Below, piece after piece: positions 26,201 to 37,200 of a stretch of 64,000 bases of DNA. The notes beneath the pieces are model-generated. The model was given only the letters and a program-made list of their open reading frames with translations. It was not told the origin of the DNA and made no database searches. The stretch comes from Bugula neritina (taxonomy: Eukaryota; Animalia; Bryozoa), in contig OZ037766.1 in assembly GCA_964035545.1 (NCBI GenBank), forward strand, positions 62,001 to 126,000, in the 5' to 3' direction. The translations under genes were made by a program, and so were the position numbers. The number at the start of each line of letters is the position of its first letter. Within the stretch, counting starts at the first letter, position 1.

Positions 26201-29200
26201 AGTGTACAAGGGGTAAGGAGTGTACAGGGAGTAAGGAGTGTACAGGAAGTAAGGAGTGTACAGGGGGCAAGGAGTGTACAGGGGTCAAGGAGTGTACAGG
26301 GGGTATAGAGTTTACAGGGGGTAAGGAATGTACAGGGGTCATGGAGTGTACAGGAGGTATGCACGGGCTTTCCATGTACCGATCTCAGATCGATCTCGCT
26401 GAGATCAATCTGAGAAATGTACTCAGATCGATCGTTTTTCCATGAGAGTGTCAGATCGATCTCGCGAAGTTGCCTCCTCTTAAGTGAAGGATACTTTAAA
26501 AGTATATTTTGTTTACCTATTTGAGTGATTAAAGCTACTACTGTTGAAAAAAAGATGGTAGTAGTCTAAAATTTAATCCCAGCTATAAAATATACGCAGC
26601 AAAGCTTTCAGGGTACGGTAATTTGGCCAATTTAAAATAATTAATTTTAATTTTTTAGCTAGACAGCTTATATAAAATTAATGGCTGTCTTGCAGATTAT
26701 TAATAAACTTACAGGACTGTTAGGCTTAAAATTACAAAGAAAATAGTTAATGAAACTAAGTTTTAATAGTCATTTAAATTCAATTTAAATTCTCCCATTT
26801 TTTTTGCCTTCTACTGCATATAATTGAGTTTTCTTAATCATTGTGCTGAAAGTCAAAGTTTTGGCATCTGAAAAGGTGGCTATCATAATTATTTAATACT
26901 TTGCTTAGTAATTATCAACAAGTTATCATTTTTATTAGCAGACAACATTGTAGCGAGCAGTCTTTTTCTACTTCTCAGATCGATCTGGCGTCTTTCCATG
27001 GTCTTATTGACATGAGATCGATCTGAGTTCGAGCTCCACAGACCGACCAGCTCAGAACGACGGAGATCGATCTTTGGCGTCTTTCCATGGATCGATCTCG
27101 CCAAGATTGATCTGAGATCGGTACATGGAAAGCCGGTGATGGAGTGTACAGGGGTCATAGAGTGTACAGGGGGCATGGAGTTTACAGGGGTCAAGGAGTG
27201 TACAGAGGGGGTATGGAGTGTACAGAGGGGGTATATAGACTCACCTCAAAATCATCCTGAGTCACACCACTAGTGGCGCCACCTAGTGGATTCCAATGAC
27301 CCCCTACTTGCTCGGGACCACACAGGTTTGTGTCTGAGTAATATTGATATGGCAGGGGGTACTCGTGTACATGATATCCACCCGCTTTGCTCTGCAGATG
27401 CTGAAGATATAAAATATCATGTGTATAATATCTACAAGTAATACACTGTAACATGTATAGTATTATACAGTAACATACGCAGTATTACGTATTATGTAAT
27501 AGACGTGTACAAACCTGGAGGTCAACAGATATTTTCGTCGGCTGGTAAGGATTGCCTTGTGTGAAGACGACACTCCCCTGTACACCGTCTCTGCTGAACT
27601 TGGCCTTCACCTCCTTCCTCTCGTATCGGTGAACATTTGAACAGGAGTTGTCCTCCACCGTGATAAAGTACCCTGAACATACGAGCAGCAGGTTAGAGGT
27701 CACACGAGCAGCAGGTTAGAGGTCAAATAGAGTACAAGACTGAGTCCCAGCAGACTCTACGCTTCAAAGTACAGCAGTATATAAAACTTACAGTCAGTTG
27801 ACAGTTTCAAGGAACTTGAGCTAAAAAGAGTGAGAAACCGTCGGCTATCTCCGCCCCCTGACACGGCTACGTTGTCGATACTCTTGATAGGAGAGGATGT
27901 TGACACGGCACTGCTGCATCTAGTGGAGAGGTCAATGGACTTTTCACCAATCAGATCTGCACTGATGTTCCCACTGTAGATCTTCAGTCTGGGATGAATA
28001 ATACAGAATATGAGTGTGATACACACCACAGTATACAATACACACTACACTATACAATACACACAACAGTATACAATACACACAACACTATACAATACAC
28101 ACTACAGTATACAATACACACTACACTGTACAATACACACTACACTATACAATACACACAACAGTATACAATACACACAACAGTATACAATACACACAAC
28201 ACTATACAATACACACAACAGTATACAATACACACAACAGTATACAATACACACAACAGTATACCATACACACAACAGTATACAATACACACTACACTAT
28301 ACAATACACACAACAGTATACAATACACACAACAGTATACGATACACACAACACAATACAATACACATAACACTATACAATACACACAACAGTATACCAT
28401 ACACACAACAGTATACGATACACACAACACAATACAATACACATAACACTTTACAATACACACAACATTTTACAATACACACAACACTATACAATACACA
28501 CAACAGTATACAATACACACAACACTATACAATACACACTACACTATACAATGCACACAACAGTATACAATACACACAACACTATACAATACACACTACA
28601 CTATACAATACACACAACACTATACAATACACACTACACTATACAATACACACAACACTATACAATACACACTACACTATACAATACACACAACACTATA
28701 CAATACACACAACAGTATACAATACACACAACAGTATACAATACACACAACAGTATACAATACACACAACACTATACAATACACACAACAGTATACAATA
28801 CACACAACACTATACAATACACACAACACTATACAATACACACAACACTATACAATACACACAACACTATACAATACACACAACAGTATACAATACACAC
28901 TACACTATACAATACACACAACAGTAAAACGCATCCCCTCACGTCTGTGAACTACTCTGAAGTGACTTCGTATCAAACAAGTCGGTGAAGAGAGCGAACT
29001 GCGACCCAACTGGACGGATCTCCACATCTCCCGCCATTGGCCCGAGGACCATCGAGAAGTACACATCTTCATCTCCCTGTATGGTGGCACAGGCTATCTT
29101 ATTGTCACCTCTCAGTAGCAGTGACCTTCCTGGAAGTAGACAGCATACGGAGTTACTACAGTCAGGGGAGATAACTCTGTGTGTTATAGAGGGAGTAACA

Positions 29201-29692
29201 GTTACCTAAGATGGCTCCATCACCAGTGACTAGAGATACTCCACTGAGGTCTACAGATGTGCCATATCTCGCTGTGCCGATCTCCTGGTAAGTTGAGAGG
29301 TCATGTATTCTGTAAAACATACAATAATATGATCATATATATTATATACTACAACATAAAATAATATGATCATATATATTATATACTACAACATACAATA
29401 ATATGATCATATATATGATATACTACAACATACAATAATATGATCATATATATTATATACTATAACATACAATAATATGATCATATATATTATATACTAC
29501 AACATACAATAATATGATCATATATATTATATACTACAACATACAATAATATGATCATATATATTATATACTATAACATACAATAATATGATCATATATA
29601 TTATATACAATAATATGATCATATATATTATATACTACAACATACAATGACATGGTTATATATATTATATACTACAACATACAATGACATGG

Positions 29693-29767
<75 letters not shown>

Positions 29768-31099
29768 TATAAATAAGTATACGAGAAACATTGTTGATTT
29801 ATTACTTTATTGGGTAAAGTAATTATAGATGACACATTTGCAACAATAGACCCCGATTATATTAACACAACACTCAACACACTTAATAATTTTCATCCTA
29901 ACATAAAATTTACACACGAACTAGAAACCAATAAATCACTTTCTTTTCTGGATGTTACAGTTTTGCGACACAATAGCTCAGTGGAAACCACAGTATTCCG
30001 CAAGCCAACACATAACAATACATATTTACATTGGAACTCTTTCTCACTTAAAACGTGGAAGCTAAGCACACTAAAGTCACTAGTCTTAAGGGCTAATAAA
30101 ATCTGTTCTACTCCAGCACGTAAGACCCAAGAACTAAACTATATTCGAAATGTTTTTGAACATAAAAATGGTTACCCTAAATATGTAATAGAGAAAACTA
30201 TTAATAACATTGGTGGCGGACTACTCAGTGAAAAAGACAACAGGAAACACATTTTACTCCAACTGCCTTATAAAGGAGTAACAGGAGAAAAACTAATCCG
30301 CTCCCTCAATAAATTAATTACAGACTCTTTTTCAAATGAACTCAATGCCCGGATTTTATTTAAAGGAACCCCCTTAAGTTCATATTTTAATCTCAAAGAT
30401 AAAACCAATATAAAGAACACATACACAACCTAGTTTACAAAATAACCTGCCCTGAAGCTACCTGTCAACAAACATATGTAGGCGAAACCGGACGTCGCCT
30501 ATCACACAGGATACATGAACACTGCCATGACATCAATTCCAAAATTTATCAACACATCTCCACCACTAATCACGGAAACATATCAATAGACAATGTAACA
30601 GTTCTAAATCATTCATTTAAAGGAATCCACCATCGAAAAGTAGCCGAAGCTCTCTACATTAAACAAATAAAACCGCAACTTAATAAACAAAATTACTCCA
30701 TATCACTAAAACTATACCAATAAGCTCCACACTACTCAACTCTCACATAGTTTCACTAATCCTTGCTGTTTTTATATTTGGATATCTATTTTTTGTCAAC
30801 TCTAATTTATTCTTTTTATGCAAAAAAATCAGTATAATTTTTGACTCGCGTAATATATAAATTAAGATTATCTCCCTCAGTTTCAACAATCTACAATAAC
30901 TGCCACTCTCTATTCTTTGTGTCATGCATAGTGTCTAACGTAACGTAATAATTTTTGAATTTCATTCATTGCTACTCTGAAGATGGGTACAGTGGTACCC
31001 GAAATATCAGTATAATTGCTTTACCTAATAAAGTAATAAATCAACAATGTTTCTCGTATACTTATTTATAATCAAATTGCTAGCTCGTAAAGATATATT

Positions 31100-31175
<76 letters not shown>

Positions 31176-31317
31176 GAAATAAAATGAGATTTGATTAATA
31201 TAATGGCATTTATTACTAGTAGTTTCGTACACAAGAACGATGTGCACTCGTCAGATAAATTAGCCACTAGATTTATTTCTATAGAGCACTCTAGTAACGT
31301 TTTATAAACACTCATTT

Positions 31318-31414
<97 letters not shown>

Positions 31415-31475
31415 GTAGTGTGTTCAGATTGTTAATGATACATATATATTTTTTTTTATTTAAAAAATCTCACAC

Positions 31476-31525
<50 letters not shown>

Positions 31526-33768
31526 ATTATAATATGCCTTATTATCAGATCACTAAGTAGAAAATGAGCTAATAAAAGATGAGGAACAGATATTAGTAAT
31601 ACTATCACTGGAGTCCAGGTGTGTGTGGCTAGCAGGTAAAATAGAGCTGGACTAGCAGGTAAAGTAGAGCGGGCTAGCAGGTATAACAAAGATATCAAAT
31701 AACTTTAAACAATAGAATGTGTAGTGGACCACTAAGCATTATGTTTATACATTATATTATGTTGAAAGACAAGCATTGTACGTGGGGCTGAATAAAATCC
31801 TGAATGTTTGCCTTCCTTCCTGATACAGTAGCTATACATACTCTCTACTTACTCTCTACTTACTCTCTACTTACTCTCTACTTACTCTCTACATACTCTC
31901 TACTTACTCTCTACTTACTCTATACTTACTCTCTACTTACACTCTACTTACTCTCTACATACTCTATACTTAGTCTCTACTTACTTTCTACTTACTCTCT
32001 ACTTACTCTCTACTTACTCTATACTTACTCTCTACTTACTCTCTACGTACTCTATACTTACTCTCTACTTACTCTCTACTTGCTCTCTACTTACTCTATA
32101 CTTACTCTCTACTTACTCTGTACTTACTCTTCACTTACTTTATACTTACTCTTCACTTACTCTTCATGCATATTCTATTTATAGTAACAGAAAAAGCTCA
32201 TCAGTTGACACTCACCTTGACCCCAGCTTCTCATCTCCACAAGAGTCTGTAGTTCGCACAGGAAACTCTCGAATCTCCCAGCCCGTCCAGCCACTTGTAC
32301 CGTTGAGGTTTATTGTAGCCTCTGTGTCGTCATCATTACTTGCCGTGAAAGTCACATGACCAGTGACTCCAGCCATGTTGAAGTATGCAGTCGCAGTCTC
32401 CTGTTGGCATTTTGCCAGACCTGTAGGAAAGACAGAGCATTCTGGGAAGGTGTATACAGGAAGTTGAGTTATACAGTTAGGTGATTCCCCAGTGGGTTGA
32501 AGGCTATAGAATACGTGCCGCACTCCTACTGTGATGTAGACTGAGAGTACAAACTGCAGGCTACAGTTAGGAGTTTCTGTTGAGAGAAGGTTGCGTTGTA
32601 AATCACTGCAGTAATTTGATATGAAGGGTGAGAAACTGGGCTAGTTGTTAGTAGATAACACTAAACACATCTTGTATATAATATATATGAATGTATGAAT
32701 ATAGTATATGAATATATGAATGTATAGAGTGTTGAGAGATAAGGATGATACTGAGAGAATGCTTGCCCAAGTATACTCACTATATACTCACTGACTGAGA
32801 GTATAACTAACTCACTAACAGTATAGCTAACTCACTAATAGCATACTATAACTATATACTCACTGACTGAGAGTATAACTAACTCACTAACAGTATAGCT
32901 AACTCACTAATAGTATACTATAACTATATACTCACTGACTGAGAGTATAACTAACTGACTAACAGTATAGCTAACTCACTAATAGTATACTATAACTATA
33001 TACTCACTGACTGAGAGTAGTAACTCAACAACTGGAAATGTGATATGCTTGATATTTTATGGAAAATATCTTGCCAGGGTCCAAACACATTTCTCAAGAC
33101 TGGCACATAATTTAAATATGTGAGAGTATATATTAATTTGTTATTTAACATATTTATATATCTGTTATATATATTCATATATTTGTTATTCATATTCGTA
33201 TATTTGTTATGCAACATATTTATGTATCTGTAATATATATTCATATATTTTCTAACCAAATCAAATTTGACAAAAGCTAGAACACACATTTTGTAGTACA
33301 TTTAGAATAAATAATTTAGATGAGCCTGCATGTTCTCCTATCCCAATTAAACAGACAAACTTTTGTCAGACAGAAAGCATATAATATGTTGAACATGGCT
33401 CACTTATTAACCTTCAACAGCTGGCACATATATTATATATAATAACTACTAACAATACGCAGCTGCGTGATGATGAGGTGTTGGTACGTAAAAATTAGCA
33501 AGAGTTGGAATGCATGTACAACATTTCACACGTTTAGCGTGAGATCCTGAGCCAAACGTTACATAACTATAACTCTCCCTCTTCAGCTTTACCTTGCTAC
33601 AGGACGGGTGGGGCAGTGGATAAGCCTGCAGGGGTTTAAATATTACTACCAGCATGCTATCTTCTTCATATTCGAGATTTAGTGATAGTTAACAGACAAA
33701 CTGGTGAAAAACTAACCTGTTAGTGAGACAGAAATGAGGAAATAGTGGAGAATAACTTTGGGCATCAT
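17264..33768 (-). CDS. cusr: Copper-only superoxide dismutase repeat protein (CSRP), secreted/GPI-anchored, ~1010 aa, 18 exons
   Basis: Exons 33768-33717, 32420-32216, 29309-29206, 29129-28943, 27988-27792, 27672-27515, 27400-27245, 26022-25806, 25717-25508, 24276-24041, 23290-23050, 21007-20712, 20548-20369, 19966-19816, 19533-19401, 19176-19061, 18699-18604, 17361-17264 (3033 nt, all phases match). Signal peptide; four SOD domains each with HxH, H(W/F/Y)NP and GRSxxIH but lacking the Zn-ligand histidines (E-V/I-G/A-D/E instead); hydrophobic C-terminal GPI-like signal; AATAAA (minus) at 17131-17136. Confidence 0.88.
18325..18610 (-). repeat. 27-bp minisatellite duplicating the CSRP exon-17 donor
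   Basis: Donor GT positions every 27 nt from 18603 to 18333 (CAG|GTAAGT or CAG|GTGAGT). Confidence 0.95.
21008..23015. repeat. 39-bp minisatellite with ~509-bp higher-order repeat in CSRP intron 11
   Basis: About 50 units of GTGAGAGATTACATAATATAGTAACTGTATAGTATACAG. Confidence 0.95.
23305..24043 (-). repeat. 22-bp minisatellite duplicating the CSRP exon-10 donor (AAG|GTAAGTACATACATACTGT)
   Basis: More than 30 units fill the intron. Confidence 0.95.
24302..24935. repeat. 18-bp minisatellite (GAGGCTATGTGAGATACT)
   Basis: About 35 units. Confidence 0.95.
24963..25419. mobile_element. PIF/Harbinger-type MITE, 457 bp
   Basis: TIR AGTTGCGTTTACACCT / AGGTATAAACGCAACT; TAA TSD at 24960-24962 and 25420-25422. 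Confidence 0.72.
26362..27138. mobile_element. Non-autonomous CMC-superfamily (CACTA/Chapaev-like) element inserted in a minisatellite, 777 bp
   Basis: CAC termini, TIR CAC(G/C)GGCTTTCCATGTACCGATCTCAGATC, 3-bp TSD ATG (26359-26361, 27139-27141), repeated subterminal AGATCGATCT palindromes. The host 19-bp repeat resumes on both sides. Confidence 0.8.
28020..28925. repeat. 19-bp minisatellite (ACACAACAGTATACAATAC)
   Basis: Fills CSRP intron 4. Confidence 0.95.
29763..31100 (+). mobile_element. 5'-truncated Penelope-like retroelement (RT C-terminus + GIY-YIG endonuclease, inverted pLTR) in CSRP intron 2
   Basis: RT thumb (IDDTF...[10 protein letters not shown]...LSFLDV...VFRKPTH...GYP), then a frameshift near 30420 into [31 protein letters not shown]...[13 protein letters not shown] (GIY-YIG), stop ~30723. 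29764-29827 is the reverse complement of 31011-31073. Flanked by (TA)n on both sides. Confidence 0.9.
30970..31020 (+). ncRNA. Minimal type I hammerhead ribozyme of the Penelope pLTR
   Basis: CUGAAGA(U) 30977-30984, stem II GGGUAC/AGUG/GUACCC, GAAA 31001-31004, short stem III AUA/UCAG/UAU, predicted AUA cleavage after 31014. Stem I is not evident in the monomer. Confidence 0.75.
31204..31266 (-). ncRNA. Type I hammerhead ribozyme in an isolated ~150-bp insert between (TA)n tracts
   Basis: Minus strand: UGGCUAAUUUAU-CUGACGA-GUGCACA(UCGUUCU)UGUGUAC-GAAA-CUACUAG-UA^AUAAAUGCCA. Full core, stem II, short stem III, GUA cleavage triplet and paired stem I (AUUUAU/AUAAAU plus UGGC/GCCA). Confidence 0.82.
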
Positions 33769-34463
33769 GGCTGTCAATTCAACACTAGATTCCTTCGCAC
33801 GCTTATTGAATATGATACACTGAACAATATACTAACGTACTGGTGCTGTGATACTGGTTAATGTAAACAACCGCACTGGCCAATAAAAGCCTTGCAACTA
33901 GTACAACGGGTTCATACGTAGTGTGACTGAGGTGTCCATACAAAGCAGAGGCATAGAGCTGAGGCTAGCTGTTGATCAGAGAATGACAAGTAGAAGCACG
34001 TGTTTCAACAGTTATTCTTGCAGACGATAATATCATGACATTCTATGACATTATAGTATAGCTGAGAGTAGATATACGAATTATTGAAAGAGTATGGGAA
34101 TTTCTTTGAATTCAGTTGAGACAACTCCTTATCATTATCCCTAACTGTAAATAGCGGGTAAACAACACACACATGATATGAACTGTACAATCTCGTGTGA
34201 CTATACACGATCCAGCACCATCAAGTTCGTGGTGTATAGTAAAGCAACAGGTCATGTGACCAAATGCGGGTCATGTGACCAAGCGCGGGTCAAGTGACTA
34301 TGTAAGCACCCTGCGGTCACGCAGCAATGTACATTTATGAAGAATGTTATTTCAGATGTAAAAAGTAGGAATACTATCAACATAAAATTATTCAATTTAT
34401 CAAAAAAGTAATTTTTATTAAGTTAAAAGTATGAATTCATAAGTGTGTGTTTATATGTACACA

Positions 34464-36188
34464 CAGGGATGTAGTGGCAAAAATATTCTAGGCCATACTC
34501 TCAGGCCGGGGGGGGTCCAGGAGGCTGCCCAGGCCCCCGGCGGGGTCCGGGGCAGCGCCCCGGCTGCCGAAGCCCTCAGAGCTCTTCTGATGCAAATTTA
34601 TGCAATTTAAAGCCATTGTGAATTATAATTCTTCTGAAAAAATCTGTTTTGAAATGTGCACCTCACTATTATTTTCATACCATACCAGCTACATGACGAC
34701 TGGGCATTGCTGCAAACTATATAAATATTCAGTCTTGTCCCATACCCGTTGACTGTAATTTTAAATGTAGTCCTACTCAACTGCAGTTAGGTTTGTTCTG
34801 ACATGCACCAAGTCCAAACTGTACAGAAAAATTGCTGAAGATCTCAAAAAGATGGAAGGATAAAGGCAGGTAACAAGTGCTCTCCGAATGCAACCTGACG
34901 TGCCCAGAAAAAGAATAATAGATCAGAAGAGAGGCAGATTGCAAATCAGAAAATGTGTGTTAGTTATTTATAAAAAGCAATTTGAATTGATAACTCATTG
35001 GCAAGCAGAAATTGGTTAAAAACCTAATTGGAGTTTATTTGAGTATTAGTCTAAACCATAAGGAGATACCACCACACCTTCTAACACACAATAAAGCACA
35101 CCCAAGAAGAGTATGTTAACTAGCTTTTAAGATAAAACCCCTGAACTTCCACTAGACACATAAAAAAAACATACCCAAATGAAAAAATTTGACAGGTTTA
35201 ATATGTGTTAACCTAGAAGATGATTAAATATAAAGCCAGATGTTAGTTAGTACAATCAAACATAAATGGTTACTTATGGTGGTGTACAGTTTGCAAAACC
35301 TCATTGCATTGATAATTAACATGCAATAATGCTAGGTTTTTGAGCAAAATGTGGACATAGTACCTGTAGACCTCAGTGATAAATTTTCGTTAATCTCTCC
35401 TACACAACTGGTACTGTTTCTTGAAGACATTTTGATTTTATTTCTGAATTTCATGTTGGTTTTTTTAAATTCCATTGCTTATTGACAAAATACAAGTTCA
35501 CACAAAATAGATAAGGGCAACCTTCTAGCTGTCACTGCGTAATTGTGCTAGAATAAAAATTTAAAAACCATGTTGTAGATCTTCCTGTTCCTCAGAGCAC
35601 TTGATTTTTCGAGTTTTCAATACTTTTTTTGCAAAGTTATAGACAAAAAACTACCCATTTTGGCCAATTTTATCTGAAAAGTTTATTTTTCAAAATCTGC
35701 CAAATATCTCAGCAGGAAAGTGTGGTATTGGAATAGAACAAACACTGTCGGAAACCTAAGAAATTCATGCATAGCAAATTTTTTGATCCTTTCAATAGCC
35801 TTTATAGATTTTCTACAAATTAGTGATTTACACACTGAAATGAAATATCTTTTCATTAGTAATCACCAATGCACAGCACTTCGCGCTTTAGTGAACACCT
35901 AAAGATGAGAAGACGGGATGTTGATAGCTCTTATTATTCATAGTGTAATCTCAGGCTAAACAATCACAAGTAGGCAACACGCATGCCACCCACATAGCAT
36001 TAACATAACAAGAACTTAAACTAGATTGTGAGCAAAATTTATGATATTCTCAGTGAGGATGCCCCAACTATCCTGTGCACTAATCATTTTCAAAAATATT
36101 ATGCCCATACGGGCGTATGGCTTAGAATAGTCTATTTTCTTCTAGGCCATACGGCGTATGGGACCGTATGGGTACCACTACATCCCTG
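34464..36188. mobile_element. Non-autonomous hAT element, 1725 bp
   Basis: 14-bp TIR CAGGGATGTAGTGG/CCACTACATCCCTG; perfect 8-bp TSD TGTACACA (34456-34463, 36189-36196); subterminal CCATAC/GTATGG motifs; no transposase. Confidence 0.88.
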
Positions 36189-37200
36189 TGTACACATATG
36201 TATTATAATATATATCACAGGGAGATTCTAGTAAGTAAGGATAGAGTATAGTAAGTAGAGGGTAAGTAGAGGACAAACACAGTACTATTGTTACTGTTTC
36301 ACAAGAGGTTACTTCCTTTCATACTCATACATTATATTATATGAAAAGTTGTTAGTTGAAATACCATGAATGGTAATTGTGGAACTGAAGAGGTTGTTGT
36401 TACAGAATAGAGGTTGTTGTTACAGAGTAGAGGTTGTTGTTACAGAGTAGAGGTTGTTGTTACAGAGTAGAGGTTGTTGTTACAGAGTAGAGGTTGTTGT
36501 TACAGAGTAGAGGTTGTTGTTACAGAGTAGAGGTTGTTGCTACAGAGTAGAGGTTGTTGCTAGAGAGTAGAGGTTGTTGCTACAGAGCTATCAACACATT
36601 GAGCTCTAACAGCTGGAGCAATGAACCTTTTCTATTAAACTAGTAATTATGATATATTCAATGTACACTGAGTGACTTCGAATGTCTTAATAACTTTATT
36701 ATGCAATTATTCTTACATGAAAAATACAGATATCTCGCATATAAGGAAACACAACTTCAACATTTACTCATAACTTATTGAATATATAATAAAAGAAGGT
36801 CACAGTTGAGAGTGGGTGAGTCACAGGCGAGTGACAGATGAGAGTAGGTGAGTGACAGATGAGAGTAGGTGAGTGACAGATGAGAGTAGGTGAGTGACAG
36901 ATGAGAGCAGGTGAGTGATAGATGAGAGCAGGTGAGTGACAGATGAGTGTACGTGAGTCATAGCTGAGTGATAGATGAGCCATTACTGAGTGACAGATAG
37001 GGCGGAGGGGGGTGTAGCTGAGTGACAGATAGGGCGGAGGGGGGTGTAGCTGCACTATAAGGGAAAGTTGGTAGTCAATTGAGCTGGTAATAAAAAACTC
37101 AACGAGGAAGTTGAGATTCTGAGATTGAGTTTACTAGAGTAATTTCATTTGATAGGCTGGTGAAATACAACAGACAGGAGCCTATGAGCAGTTGCTAGCC

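Noticed and set aside
12341-28988. Long low-complexity ORFs (e.g. 12341-13183, 16468-17043, 20930-22817, 23271-24268, 28010-28927)
   Set aside because: Stop-free frames of intronic or intergenic minisatellites; only the embedded true exons were kept.
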